Assembly (NCBI GenBank): GCA_965223705.1
Contig: OZ245015.1
Location: forward strand, 2,080,001 to 2,144,000
DNA from: Myxococcota bacterium
Lineage (GTDB): Bacteria > Myxococcota_A > UBA9160 > UBA6930
Reading direction: 5' to 3'
Length of the DNA stretch: 64,000 nucleotides
Positions 9,497 through 19,573 of this stretch are shown piece by piece. Position numbers and translations under genes: made by a program. The notes under the pieces were generated by a model that worked only from the letters and a program-made list of their open reading frames with translations, did not search any database and was not told the origin of the DNA. The stretch's first letter is position 1. Each line of letters begins with the position of its first letter.

Positions 9497-10509
9497 AAGG
9501 CCAGGCATCGACACGAAGCGCGCTGCTGTTGCTGACGCTTCTCCTCTGGGCCTGCCAGCCTCAGCCGCGAAAGGCGCTTCCGGCGGTGTCTGCGCCCCCG
9601 CCCGGACCTCCCGCGACGCTCTCCGTCGAAATCCTCGGCGCACCGGGCGCTACCGCGAACAACTCACGCGCAAACGGCCAGGTCTTCGTTCTTCTCGATC
9701 TCACGCAATCGATGCGCGTGCCGGACGTCGCCGGTGTGTCGCGCGACACGCTCGCGCGGCGCGCGGCGGCCGACTTCCTCCGTGCGTTGCCCGCGAACCA
9801 ACCGACTGAAGTCGCGACGATGGGCACGCGGGGTGAGTACGGTGGCTGTACGGCTCCGGAGTCCCTGCGCGGCGCGGCGAACCGTTCCGAACTCGCTTCC
9901 CAGGTGGAGAGCGCCGGCACCGAAGGCGAGGCGTCGGAAGGCTCGCTCACACTCGCCATCGACGACGCGCGCCGCCGGCTCGCCGCGGACCGAGAATCGG
10001 CGGCGGGGAGCCCGAGGCTCGTCGTGTTTTCCGACCTCGCCTCGGATTGCGGCGGCAATTGGTGCGAAGCCGTGACCCGAGCCGCCGGCGATGGCATCGC
10101 CGTGGAAATCGTCGAACTCGGGCCCGCTCGGAGCGAGTCCTGTGTCGCGGCGCTACGCGTTCCCGATGCCGAGCCCGTCCGGCGGGAATCGCCGGATCCG
10201 GACCGGCATCCCGTTTTCCAGGTCCGCCGCGCGAACCCGGACGGACGCCCCGGAGAAATTCTCGTCAACGGGCGCGCTGGGACAGCCGATGTAACGGTGC
10301 CCGCAGGTCGCATCGTCGTAGCCATCGAGCTCGAACCGGCGGAATGGGTCGGGCCCCTCGAGCTGCGAGCGGGTTCGCGCACACGCATTCGGGTGCTCGA
10401 CTTCGTGCGATCGAACCCGCCGTGGCGCGAGATCTTTATCGAGCCCGGAGCCGCCGACAACGCCCGAGTCCGCGAGGAGGGCCAGTGGCCGCTCGCCACC
10501 AATCCGTAG
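9493..10509 (+). CDS. lipoprotein with vWA-like domain
   Basis: Lipobox-like LLLWAC; VLLDLTQSM (MIDAS-like DxTxS), LVVFSD, SDCGGNWC; GTGA overlap with the upstream gene. Confidence 0.75.
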   Translation: MKGQASTRSALLLLTLLLWACQPQPRKALPAVSAPPPGPPATLSVEILGAPGATANNSRANGQVFVLLDLTQSMRVPDVAGVSRDTLARRAAADFLRALPANQPTEVATMGTRGEYGGCTAPESLRGAANRSELASQVESAGTEGEASEGSLTLAIDDARRRLAADRESAAGSPRLVVFSDLASDCGGNWCEAVTRAAGDGIAVEIVELGPARSESCVAALRVPDAEPVRRESPDPDRHPVFQVRRANPDGRPGEILVNGRAGTADVTVPAGRIVVAIELEPAEWVGPLELRAGSRTRIRVLDFVRSNPPWREIFIEPGAADNARVREEGQWPLATNP

Positions 10510-12107
10510 ACCCCTTCGGAAGCACGACCGACCCCGAGGCCTTGGTGGCGCGGCCGGCGGTGACACGTGTCCTCGAAGGCGTACAGGTGTCGCTACTCAT
10601 CGGGAAGCGTCGCCTCGCCATCACCGGTCCCGACGGCATCGGCAAGACCCTGATCTTGCACGCGCTCGCGGATCGGGTCGAGTCATCGTTCGAACCGGTC
10701 TACCTGCCCTACGCCTCGTTGTCGGGTCGCGATCTGTGCGCGTGGATTCTGACGTTGCGCGATGAGCCGATCCATCGCGATCCGGTCGTCGCGCTCGAAG
10801 AAGCGGCGCGTCGCGCGAAAGCGGAGGGGCGACCGCTCCTGGTGCTGATCGACGATGCGAGCTCGTTGCTCGACGAGAGTGTTCGCCTGTTGGGCACGCT
10901 CATCGATCGCACCGAGGGTGCGCTTCGCGTCGTCGTCGCTCCGACGGACGACTTCCGGTCCGGCCGTTTGTTGGCTGCGTTCGGCGAGGGCCTCGAAGAG
11001 CATCGCATCGAACAGCCGATGACCGAAAACGAAACCCGGGATTACCTGATGGGGCGCCTCACCTGGGCCGGCGCCCCGGAAGAGACGCGCGAGGCGTTTA
11101 CCCCGAGTGTTGTGGCCGGGATTCACCAATTGTCCGGCGGCGTGCCCGGCCCGATGAACGCCCTGGCCGCGCGCGTGCTGCGCGGCGACCCGCGCGTCTT
11201 GGACGAGATTGCGGCATTCGAGGCGACCCCTACGCCAGACCCCAGTTTGTCGAGCCAGGCCACACTTCCCGACGAGCCCCTCGAAGACGAGCTCGTCGAC
11301 GACGCGGTCCCGCAGCCCGAAGCGAGCTCCGTGGCGCTCGAGCTCAAAGATGATCTCGGGGAAGAAGATTTTCCGGCGCTGCGCGAGGTGCCAGCGGACG
11401 AGCCGGTTCCCGCGCTCGAACCCAGCCTGGTCATCGATCCACTGGAAGATCCGGCGGACGAACACCCTTCTCCGGTCGCCGAGTTCACGGACTTCAGCCC
11501 CGAAGACGCGGAAGAGGTTGCGGACGACTTCGACGAGGACGACATCGTCGAGCTCGCCGACGAGCACATCGAACCCTTGCTCGAGGAGGGACCCGAAGAC
11601 GGTGACGCGTTCCCGTGGCAGGACCGCATCGCCGCCCAGCGCCCGTGGCTCGCGCAGGTGTCGCGCCTGCGAGCGACCGTCGCCGGCGCCGTGCTCGTCA
11701 TCGCGCTCCTGTTCGTGGCGGTTCCGCTTCTGCGACAGGCCATACTCGATTCCCCATCGGTCGTGCAGGAAGAGGATTTCGCCGACGGAGCCGGCGACTT
11801 CGGAGACGTACAGGCCGAGGAAGCGTTCGGCGAACCCGAATTCGGGGTGCCCGTAGAGCCGGTCGAAGAGACGGGTGACGAGCTGGCGAGTGGCAGCCTG
11901 GTGCCCGTCAACATCAACGCCGAACCCTGGGCGCACGTGGAAGTCGACGGGATCTACGTCGGCTTGACGCCGCTCGCAGACGTCAAGCTCACGCCGGGGG
12001 CTCACCAGATCCGAGCCCGCCTCCCCGACGGCGAAGTGGTCGAGCGCTGGGTCACGGTCGACTCCGGAAATCGCCACATCGCGATCGCGCCTGGTGAAGA
12101 GGACTGA
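10485..12107 (+). CDS. ExeA/GspA-like AAA ATPase - acidic linker - TM helix - PEGA domain
   Basis: DPFGSTTDP, Walker A GPDGIGKT, Walker B LVLIDDA, SGGVPGPMN; TM AVLVIALLFVAVPLL; PEGA-like INAEPWAHVEVDGIYVGLTPL; GTG start with GAGGAGG SD. Confidence 0.82.
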   Translation: MAARHQSVDPFGSTTDPEALVARPAVTRVLEGVQVSLLIGKRRLAITGPDGIGKTLILHALADRVESSFEPVYLPYASLSGRDLCAWILTLRDEPIHRDPVVALEEAARRAKAEGRPLLVLIDDASSLLDESVRLLGTLIDRTEGALRVVVAPTDDFRSGRLLAAFGEGLEEHRIEQPMTENETRDYLMGRLTWAGAPEETREAFTPSVVAGIHQLSGGVPGPMNALAARVLRGDPRVLDEIAAFEATPTPDPSLSSQATLPDEPLEDELVDDAVPQPEASSVALELKDDLGEEDFPALREVPADEPVPALEPSLVIDPLEDPADEHPSPVAEFTDFSPEDAEEVADDFDEDDIVELADEHIEPLLEEGPEDGDAFPWQDRIAAQRPWLAQVSRLRATVAGAVLVIALLFVAVPLLRQAILDSPSVVQEEDFADGAGDFGDVQAEEAFGEPEFGVPVEPVEETGDELASGSLVPVNINAEPWAHVEVDGIYVGLTPLADVKLTPGAHQIRARLPDGEVVERWVTVDSGNRHIAIAPGEED

Positions 12108-12129
12108 GGAAAGCTACCCATCTCTCGGT

Positions 12130-12206
12130 CGGGCCGTAGCGCAGCTTGGTAGCGCGCCTGAATGGGGTTCAGGAGGTCGGGAGTTCGAATCTCCCCGGCC
12201 CGACCA
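12130..12206 (+). tRNA. tRNA-Pro(GGG)
   Basis: Acceptor stem CGGGCCG/CGGCCCG, anticodon arm CCTGA-AT-GGG-GT-TCAGG, T loop GTTCGAATC, encoded CCA. Confidence 0.97.
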
Positions 12207-12538
12207 GCACTTAGCCAGTTTCTCTGACTACGAGTTCTGCATCGGCTTTTCGCGGTCGCGCTTCCAGGCAACGCTTCGAGGGAGCCGCTTTGATTCTCAC
12301 CGCAGTCATCTTCGTTCTCTTCATGAGTAGCGGAGCCGGTTCCACGGTCTTGTACCCGTACACAACCCCGGCTCAGCTAGCGCAGTGGTGCACGCCGGAA
12401 GGGTCGGACGCCTGCTTCGCTTTCCTGGGCGTGCAGGCGGGTGGTACCATCAGTGTCCGACCGCGCGGCAACCCTGCGGCTCGATACCCGACCACCGGAG
12501 CCGCCGCGGACCGCGGAGAACCGGACCGGGGAGAGCGC

Positions 12539-13387
12539 ATGGGGAATCAAGGCGAGAGCCATTTCGAGAACCTGAATGGACTGCGCTTCCACTACGTAGC
12601 ATGGGGGGATCCGTCGGCGACCCCGCTGGTGCTGCTTCATGGCTTGCGTGCATACGCACACTGGTTCGATGAGTTCGCGGAGGCGGTGAAGGACCGCTAC
12701 CGCGTGATCGCCGTCGATCAGCGCGGGCGTGGTGACACCGACTGGGCTCCGGACGGGGACTACACGCGCGAAGCCTACGTTCGCGACCTCGAGGCCCTCA
12801 TCGATGCGCTCGGCCTCGAACGCTTCATCATCGTGGGCCATTCGATGGGTGGACTGAACGGGATCTACTACGCATCTCGCCATCCCGAGCGGGTGATGGC
12901 ACTCATCAACGTCGACGTCGGGCCCGATATCGATCCGGCCGGCCTCGAACGCATCCGCAAGGAGCTCGGAGAGACCCCGGATTCCTTCACCTCGTGGGAG
13001 GACGCAGCGTCCTTTCTCGTCAAGCGGCATCCCCAGGCGTCGGAGGAAAATCGGGCGACCCGGCTGCGTTGGATGTTTCGCGAGGCGCCCGATGGCACGA
13101 TCGACTGGCGGATCGACCCGGCGATCTTCGATCCGAATCTTCGCGCCGACTCCCGCGACGAGACCTGGGCAGCGTGGAAGAGCTTGGCATGCCCCACCCT
13201 GATCGTGCGCGGTGGTGTCACGGACATCCTCACCGAAGAGACGTGCGAAGAGATGGTCGCGGCACTCCCGAACAGTCGTTGGGTCGAAGTGCCCGACGCG
13301 GGCCACATGGTGCTCGAGGACAACCCGGAGGGTTTCAACGCCGCGTCGCTGGCGTTCCTCCGGACGCTTGCGAACGAAGGGGAGTGA
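12539..13387 (+). CDS. alpha/beta-fold hydrolase
   Basis: LVLLHG, DQRGRGD, GHSMGG nucleophile elbow, AGHMV; ATG at 12539 with GGGGAG SD. Confidence 0.92.
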   Translation: MGNQGESHFENLNGLRFHYVAWGDPSATPLVLLHGLRAYAHWFDEFAEAVKDRYRVIAVDQRGRGDTDWAPDGDYTREAYVRDLEALIDALGLERFIIVGHSMGGLNGIYYASRHPERVMALINVDVGPDIDPAGLERIRKELGETPDSFTSWEDAASFLVKRHPQASEENRATRLRWMFREAPDGTIDWRIDPAIFDPNLRADSRDETWAAWKSLACPTLIVRGGVTDILTEETCEEMVAALPNSRWVEVPDAGHMVLEDNPEGFNAASLAFLRTLANEGE

Positions 13388-13403
13388 AGCGAGGGAGCGA
13401 ATC

Positions 13404-14594
13404 ATGAAGACGGTCATCGCCGACAAGCGCTGGGCGAAGAAATACCCTCACGTGGGCACCGGCCCCGTTTCCACGGAGCCGTGCATCTCTCCGGAGTTTT
13501 TCGAGCTCGAGCGAGAGCGCGTCTTCAGGCGCTGCTGGCTCAACGTGGGCCGGGTCGGAGACGTCCCCAATCCCGGGGATTACTTCGTCCAGGACATCGC
13601 AGTCTGCAACGCGTCGATCGTGGTCGTCCGGGGCGGAGACGGCGAGGTGCGCGCCTTTCACAACGTGTGCTCTCATCGCGGCAACAAGGTCGTGTGGAAC
13701 GAACGCGGGAATACCCGGGTCTTCGTGTGTGGCTTTCACAGCTGGGTCTACGAGACCGATGGCTCCCTTCGTACGATCACCGACGAAGAGAACTTCTTCG
13801 ATCTCGACCGCTGTAAGCTCGGTCTCTCTCCGGTCCATCTCGACATCTGGGAAGGATTCATCTTCATTCACCTCGGTACCCCGACGGAGAGCCTCCGCGA
13901 GTACTTGGGGGGCGTTGACGACCAGCTCGGAGGCGGGCACTTCGACAAGCTCGAGAAGACCTTCGAGTACCACGTCCACGAGAACACCAACTGGAAGAAC
14001 GCGCTCGACGCCCAGAACGAGATCTACCACCTCCCGTTCCAGCATCAACGCTCGATTCCGGACTTCGCCGTGCGAAAGAACGGGCAGTTCATTCGCACGC
14101 AGGACTTCCGGATCTACGGGAAGCACACGGTGTACGCGTCGGAGGTCCCCGACGAGCGCAAGGCGGGGCCTCTCGAGGAGATGTCGTACCGCCTCGGCGG
14201 ACTTTCGAACGAGGAAGAGACTACGGCGCACAGCTTGCCGCGCATCGGGGACTTCGATTTCTACACGATTTTCCCGAACACATGCATCCTGCTCTCGCGC
14301 GGTCTCCCCTCCGACAACTTCATCACGTACAACTTCTGGCCCCTGGCCTTGGACAAGACGCTCTGGAAGATCAAGATGCACTTCGTTCCCGCGAAGAATG
14401 CCGGCGAGCGCCTCGCCCAGGAGTACACGAAGTGCTTGGTGCGCGATGTCATCTACGAAGACGCGGCAGCCCACGAGTCGATCCACGAAGGGCTCGTGTC
14501 GCGGGCGAAGCCTTCCGTGTACTACCAGGATGACGAGATCCAGATCCGCTACTTCCACGAGGTGCTGGAAGGGCTTTGCGGAGCCGAGGCATGA
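13404..14594 (+). CDS. Rieske non-heme iron ring-hydroxylating oxygenase, alpha subunit
   Basis: CSHRG...CGFHSW Rieske ligands; NWK...EIYHLPFQH and ED mononuclear iron ligands. Confidence 0.95.
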   Translation: MKTVIADKRWAKKYPHVGTGPVSTEPCISPEFFELERERVFRRCWLNVGRVGDVPNPGDYFVQDIAVCNASIVVVRGGDGEVRAFHNVCSHRGNKVVWNERGNTRVFVCGFHSWVYETDGSLRTITDEENFFDLDRCKLGLSPVHLDIWEGFIFIHLGTPTESLREYLGGVDDQLGGGHFDKLEKTFEYHVHENTNWKNALDAQNEIYHLPFQHQRSIPDFAVRKNGQFIRTQDFRIYGKHTVYASEVPDERKAGPLEEMSYRLGGLSNEEETTAHSLPRIGDFDFYTIFPNTCILLSRGLPSDNFITYNFWPLALDKTLWKIKMHFVPAKNAGERLAQEYTKCLVRDVIYEDAAAHESIHEGLVSRAKPSVYYQDDEIQIRYFHEVLEGLCGAEA

Positions 14595-14920
14595 GCGATG
14601 CAAGTCGCCGCCTGCCCGAGGAGTTCAGCCACCTCGAGCGCTTCTCCGACTGGTGTCTCCCAACCGAACGCGAACGCCAGTACAAGCGGCTGGGTTCGGA
14701 CATGGGCGAGCTCCGCGAGTTCTACGAAGCCATGTTCCCTCGCATGGAGGAGCTCGTCTCCTACCTGAATCCGCTTCCCTTGGATGCACTCTCGGACGAA
14801 GCGCAAAACCTGCTGAACCTCTGTCTCTCGGTCGTTGAGGTTTCGAACGCAGTCGAGATGTTCGGTCAGCCGGGGGTCATCGACGGCTTCGATCCCGAGC
14901 GCTTCATCCCGATCGAGTGA
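14591..14920 (+). CDS. small hypothetical protein translationally coupled to the Rieske oxygenase
   Basis: ATGA overlap; 109 aa, helical and acidic; resembles small proteins I recall beside Rieske oxygenases (not verified). Confidence 0.75.
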   Translation: MSDASRRLPEEFSHLERFSDWCLPTERERQYKRLGSDMGELREFYEAMFPRMEELVSYLNPLPLDALSDEAQNLLNLCLSVVEVSNAVEMFGQPGVIDGFDPERFIPIE

Positions 14921-14939
14921 ACAACGAGGAGGAGTCCGC

Positions 14940-15407
14940 GTGACGCCCAACCATCCCATTCAATGTCGTGGCATCGATCACGTGGTCCTACGCGTGTCGG
15001 ATATCGATCGATCGCTCCGCTTCTACACCGAAATTCTGGGGCTTTCGCTCGAGCGGATCATCGAGGACATCGGGGTCTACCAGATCCGGTGCGGACAGAA
15101 CCTGATCGACCTCTGTGTCCTGCAGGAAGGCAAGCAGCTCGCGGACAAAGACGAGAGGGGGATCGACCACCTCTGCATCATGGTCCACGGGGATTTCGAC
15201 AAGGTCGTGGGTCACATCAAGGAGCACGGCGTGCCCATCACGTTCGGACCGGTTGAGCTCTACGGAGCCACGGGCTTCGGCACCTCGATCTACATTCTCG
15301 ATCCGGACGAGCACACCCTGGAGCTCAAGGCGGACTACCCGCAATGGGCGGTGCGGACGACCTCCACCGACGCCAAGGGCACCATGACACGACCCAAGTC
15401 TTCGTAG
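14940..15407 (+). CDS. VOC (glyoxalase/bleomycin resistance) family protein
   Basis: IDHVVLRVSDIDRSLRFYTEILG, IDHLC, SIYILDPDEHTLEL; GAGGAGG SD. Confidence 0.92.
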   Translation: MTPNHPIQCRGIDHVVLRVSDIDRSLRFYTEILGLSLERIIEDIGVYQIRCGQNLIDLCVLQEGKQLADKDERGIDHLCIMVHGDFDKVVGHIKEHGVPITFGPVELYGATGFGTSIYILDPDEHTLELKADYPQWAVRTTSTDAKGTMTRPKSS

Positions 15408-15415
15408 CGCCGGAA

Positions 15416-16231
15416 CTACAGGGCCTGCTTTCCCGCTGCCGGCTTGTCGCTCCTTAAAGCCAGGCCGTCCTCGGGCCCGCAGGTCAGCTCGCCCCCGTCG
15501 AGGACGTAGGCCGACCCGCTGACGAAGGCACCGGCGGGGCTCGCGAGAAACAACGCAAGACCTGCAACCTCGTGCGCCTCCCCGACCCGCATGAGGGGGT
15601 TGATCGGCGCCCCGGTCTCCTCGACTTCGGCGACTCGCTGTCCCGCGAAGTCGGTCCGGATCAGGCCCGGAGCGAGCGCCACTGCGCGGATCCCGTCGCC
15701 GGCCCACTCCTTGGCGAGGAGGCTCGTCAGGTTGACCAGAGCCGCCTTGGTGAGGGCGTAGCTCCCGATGCTGAGGTCGGGGCGCATGGCCTGGTTCGAG
15801 CTCATGTTGAGAATGACACCGCCTCCGCGCTCGACCATCGAGTCGCGGCAGAGCTGAGCCATGTGCAGCGCCGCCCAGACGTTCGTGTCCATCGCTTTGA
15901 GGAAGCTCTCACGGTCCTGGCTCGCCATCGGTCCCCAGGCGAGAAAGGCCGCGTTGTTGACGAGGATGTCGACGCCCCCGAGCGTATCGACGGTGCGGCG
16001 CACCAACCCTTCGCGCTCGGCTGTCTCGCCGATATCGCAGGGGACCGCGATCACGCGACGCCCCGTCCGCGAGATGGCGTCGGCAGCCCGTTCGAGTTCG
16101 TCTTTGCCCCGTGCCGCGAGCGCCACGTCGGCGCCGTGCTCGGCAAATGTTTGGGCAATGGCGCGACCGATCCCCTTGGAACCGCCCGTCACGATGGCCA
16201 CTTTCCCTTCCAAGGAGAGATCGATTGTCAT
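15416..16231 (-). CDS. SDR family oxidoreductase
   Basis: TGGSKGIG, ILVNNAA, YALTK. Confidence 0.93.
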   Translation of the reverse strand: MTIDLSLEGKVAIVTGGSKGIGRAIAQTFAEHGADVALAARGKDELERAADAISRTGRRVIAVPCDIGETAEREGLVRRTVDTLGGVDILVNNAAFLAWGPMASQDRESFLKAMDTNVWAALHMAQLCRDSMVERGGGVILNMSSNQAMRPDLSIGSYALTKAALVNLTSLLAKEWAGDGIRAVALAPGLIRTDFAGQRVAEVEETGAPINPLMRVGEAHEVAGLALFLASPAGAFVSGSAYVLDGGELTCGPEDGLALRSDKPAAGKQAL

Positions 16232-16367
16232 CGCGCGTACCTCGCTTCCCCAAGATCGTCCCACGACCGAAAAAGATTGCAATCAAAACCTGGGACGCGA
16301 GGCGAATGGCTTCTGCCGGGGTCGTGTGAGACCATGCGCGTGAATTGCTTCGCAGGGAGAGAATGAC

Positions 16368-17141
16368 GTGGACCGAGGAGCGGTCGGGGAGGTCGCGCTG
16401 GTCACGGGCGGAGCGTCGGGGATCGGGCGCGCGTGCGTGCTGGCCCTCGCCCGGGCAGGCGCCAAGGTCATCGTCGCGGATGTCGAGGTTGAATCCGGCG
16501 AGGCCGCCGTCGACGAGGTCGCAAGTGCGGGTGGGACCAGCATGTTCGTCCGCTGCGACGTCGCGTCCCTCGAAGACGTCGAGTCGATGGTCGCGCGGGG
16601 TGTCGAGGCGTACGGACGCCTCGACTGCGCCGTCAACAACGCCGGCATCCAGGGATCGCTCGACTCGACCGAAGCCTGCACCAAGGAGAACTGGGATCGC
16701 ACGCTCGCCGTCAACCTGACGGGCGTCTGGCACTGTATGAAGCAGGAGCTCCCGATCATGCTTTCTCAAGGCGCGGGGGCCATCGTGAACATCGCGTCGA
16801 ACTTCGGACTCGTGGGCTCGGCTGGAATGCCCGCTTACTCGGCGAGCAAACACGGAATCCTCGGGCTGACAAAGACGGCTGCCCTCGAGACCGCGCGCTC
16901 GGGCGTCCGCGTCAACGCGATTTGTCCCGGGCCGGTGAAGACCCCGCTGGTCGACAAGATTCTCCGCGCCCAACCCGAGTACGCCGACGAGATCGTCGAG
17001 GCGATTGTCGATCGCGAGCCGATCGGCCGGATGGGGAAGCCGGAAGAGATCGCGGAGGCCGTGGTGTGGCTATGTTCGGACGCCGCGTCCTTTGTCACCG
17101 GAGCCGTGTTGGCGGTCGATGGTGGGTTCGTCGCGCAATGA
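16368..17141 (+). CDS. SDR family oxidoreductase
   Basis: TGGASGIG, VNNAG, YSASK, VNAICPG. Confidence 0.94.
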   Translation: MDRGAVGEVALVTGGASGIGRACVLALARAGAKVIVADVEVESGEAAVDEVASAGGTSMFVRCDVASLEDVESMVARGVEAYGRLDCAVNNAGIQGSLDSTEACTKENWDRTLAVNLTGVWHCMKQELPIMLSQGAGAIVNIASNFGLVGSAGMPAYSASKHGILGLTKTAALETARSGVRVNAICPGPVKTPLVDKILRAQPEYADEIVEAIVDREPIGRMGKPEEIAEAVVWLCSDAASFVTGAVLAVDGGFVAQ

Positions 17142-17181
17142 TGCAGAAGCGGTTGCTGCAAAGAGATATCGAGGAGTCGAG

Positions 17182-19542
17182 ATGACAGAGGCCACAGTGC
17201 GTCCGGCGCGCTACGTCGGCGCCAGAGTCGATCGCGTCGAGGATCCGAAGTATCTGCGAGGGCACGGCAGCTACGTCGACGACATCGAGCTCCCCCAGCT
17301 GCTTCACGCCGCGTTCGTGCGCAGCCCGTTCGCCCATGCGCGGATCGGGGAGATCGATACGCGCGAGGCGGAGAAGAGCCCGGGAACGGTGCGCGTCTTG
17401 ACCGGCCGCGACCTCGAAGACGAAATCCTGCCCATGACGATCTCGGCGGACCCCCCCGAGGTGAAGGTGACCCGGCGACGTGTGCTCGCAACGGACCGAG
17501 CTCGTTATGTCGGGGACCCTGTGGCCATCGTCGTTGCGACCTCTCGCTACGCCGCTGAAGACGCGGCGGCGCTCGTCGACGTCGATTGGGAGCCACTTCC
17601 CGTTGTTTGCGATCCCGAAGAAGCTCTCAAAGACGAAGCGCCCCGGCTCGACGAGGATCTCGACGACAACAACATCGCTCATATCGTCGGGGGCGCCGGT
17701 GACGCCGACGCCGCCTTCAGCAAGGCTGCGCAGGTCTTCACGAAGCGTTTTCATTCCGCGCGCAGCGTGGGAGCCCCCCTCGAGACGCGGGGAGTCCTCG
17801 CTTCCTACGACCCGGCGACGCAGCGCTTGTCGATCTGGGCCTCCACCCAGATGCCGCATCTGCTTCGGACGATGATCGCTCCCCTGCTACGGATTCCCGA
17901 AGGCAGGATCGATGTCGTCGCCCCCGACGTGGGTGGCGGCTTCGGCTACAAGGCGCACTTGTATCCAGAAGATCTCGTCGTCCCGGCAGCGAGTCGGCTG
18001 CTCGGTCGGCCCGTGAAATGGATCGCCGATCGTTTCGAGGACTTGACGGCGGGGACCCATTCAAAGGGGATGGTGGCGGATTTCGAGCTCGCGGTGGATG
18101 ACGGGGGAAGCATTCTCGGGATGCGCGCCCACCTCATCTCGGACGGCGGCGGCTACTCGGGCTCCTACACGCCGCTCATCGACACGCTCATGGCGGCTCG
18201 CCAGCTCCCGAGTCTCTACCGCGTTCGCGACCTCGCGTACGTCGTGGACGCACCCGCCACGAACAAGTGTCCCATCGGTGCGGTGCGCGGGGTCGGATGG
18301 TCTCCGGGACAGACCGCGCGCGAGTGCCTGATCGACGACGCTGCCCGCGGCATGGGCCTCGACCCCGTCGAGTTCCGGGCGATGAACATGCTGAGCTCCG
18401 AACCGCAGGAAACGGCGCTCGGTGCGCAGCTCGACGGCGGGAGCTACGTCGAGAGCCTGCGGCGCGCCGCGGAAACCCTCGACTACCCCGCCTTTCGCCG
18501 ACGCCAGACGGCGTTGCGCGAAGAAGGGCGCTACCTGGGGATCGGCTTCAGTCCCTTCATTGAGCCCACGGGTCTCGGAACCGAGATGGCGAAGCAGTGG
18601 CAGATGACCGGAACGTTCCACGACCGCGCTTCGGTCTCGATGGAGCCCGACGGCTCCGTCGTGGTCAGCACGGGTCTCCACTCCCACGGTCAGGGTCTCG
18701 AGACCTCGCTCGCGCAGATCACGGCGGACGAACTCGGCGTACATCTCGAAAACGTCCGGGTGACGTCGGGCGACACGAGCCGAGATGCCTGGGGAATGTT
18801 CCTCGGAGCGAGCCGCGGTGCCGTGATCGGGACCGGCTCGATCATGCTCGCGGCCGGCGACGTGCGTCAGAAGCTGCTCAGTCTCGCTGGCGTACTCCTC
18901 GAGGCGAGCCCCGATGACATCGAGCTCTACGACGGGAAGGCCGCGCTCAGGGGCGCTCCCGTTCGTTCGGTTTCGATCGCGGACGTCGCGGCGTTCGGCT
19001 ACTTCGGCGGTGACCGTCGGACGCAGGGCGAGGAGCACGCGCTTTGTTCGACCCGTTCCTACGACCCGCCCCAGAGTTACAGCAACGGCTGTTGCGCCGT
19101 GGTCGCGGAGGTCGACATCGGGACGGGCGGGGTGGTCCTCGAGCGGGTCGTCGCTGTCGAGGATTGCGGCGTGATGCTCAACCCCAAGATCGTCGAAGGG
19201 CAGATCGCCGGGGGCATCGCTCACGGAATCGGCCTCGCTTTGCTCGAGGAGGCGATCTACGACGAAGAGGGCCAGTTCCTTTCGGGCAGCCTGATGGACT
19301 ATCTGTACCCGACGTCGACGGCAATCCCCGAGATCGAGATCGTGCACATCGAGACGCCGTCACCCGTAACCCTAGGCGGCGTGAAGGGGATGGCCGAAGG
19401 GGGCACCGTGGCGGCGCCAGGGGCCGTGGTCAACGCCGTGGCGGACGCCCTTTCGCCTTTTGGCGTGACAATCGACCGCATTCCCATGACACCGAGTTAC
19501 TTGCTGGACCGCCTGAGAGAAGCGCGTCGTCGCGACGAGTAG
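17182..19542 (+). CDS. xanthine dehydrogenase-family molybdopterin-binding (large) subunit
   Basis: RVEDPKYLRG, RSPFAHA, DVGGGFGYK, GAVRGVG, HGQGLET, VEGQIAGG, GVKGMAEGG. Confidence 0.95.
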   Translation: MTEATVRPARYVGARVDRVEDPKYLRGHGSYVDDIELPQLLHAAFVRSPFAHARIGEIDTREAEKSPGTVRVLTGRDLEDEILPMTISADPPEVKVTRRRVLATDRARYVGDPVAIVVATSRYAAEDAAALVDVDWEPLPVVCDPEEALKDEAPRLDEDLDDNNIAHIVGGAGDADAAFSKAAQVFTKRFHSARSVGAPLETRGVLASYDPATQRLSIWASTQMPHLLRTMIAPLLRIPEGRIDVVAPDVGGGFGYKAHLYPEDLVVPAASRLLGRPVKWIADRFEDLTAGTHSKGMVADFELAVDDGGSILGMRAHLISDGGGYSGSYTPLIDTLMAARQLPSLYRVRDLAYVVDAPATNKCPIGAVRGVGWSPGQTARECLIDDAARGMGLDPVEFRAMNMLSSEPQETALGAQLDGGSYVESLRRAAETLDYPAFRRRQTALREEGRYLGIGFSPFIEPTGLGTEMAKQWQMTGTFHDRASVSMEPDGSVVVSTGLHSHGQGLETSLAQITADELGVHLENVRVTSGDTSRDAWGMFLGASRGAVIGTGSIMLAAGDVRQKLLSLAGVLLEASPDDIELYDGKAALRGAPVRSVSIADVAAFGYFGGDRRTQGEEHALCSTRSYDPPQSYSNGCCAVVAEVDIGTGGVVLERVVAVEDCGVMLNPKIVEGQIAGGIAHGIGLALLEEAIYDEEGQFLSGSLMDYLYPTSTAIPEIEIVHIETPSPVTLGGVKGMAEGGTVAAPGAVVNAVADALSPFGVTIDRIPMTPSYLLDRLREARRRDE

Positions 19543-19573
19543 CTTTCGGAAGGCTGTCTCGCAGCAAAGCGAT

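Noticed and set aside
12180..12206. attL/attR duplication of the tRNA-Pro 3' end (also checked for tRNA-Arg)
   Set aside because: No second copy seen by eye and no integrase in the window; an exact-match search would settle it
12290..12538. N-terminal extension of the hydrolase ORF, or an ncRNA after tRNA-Pro
   Set aside because: A better SD and ATG lie at 12539; only a generic GC hairpin is present and I recognise no RNA family
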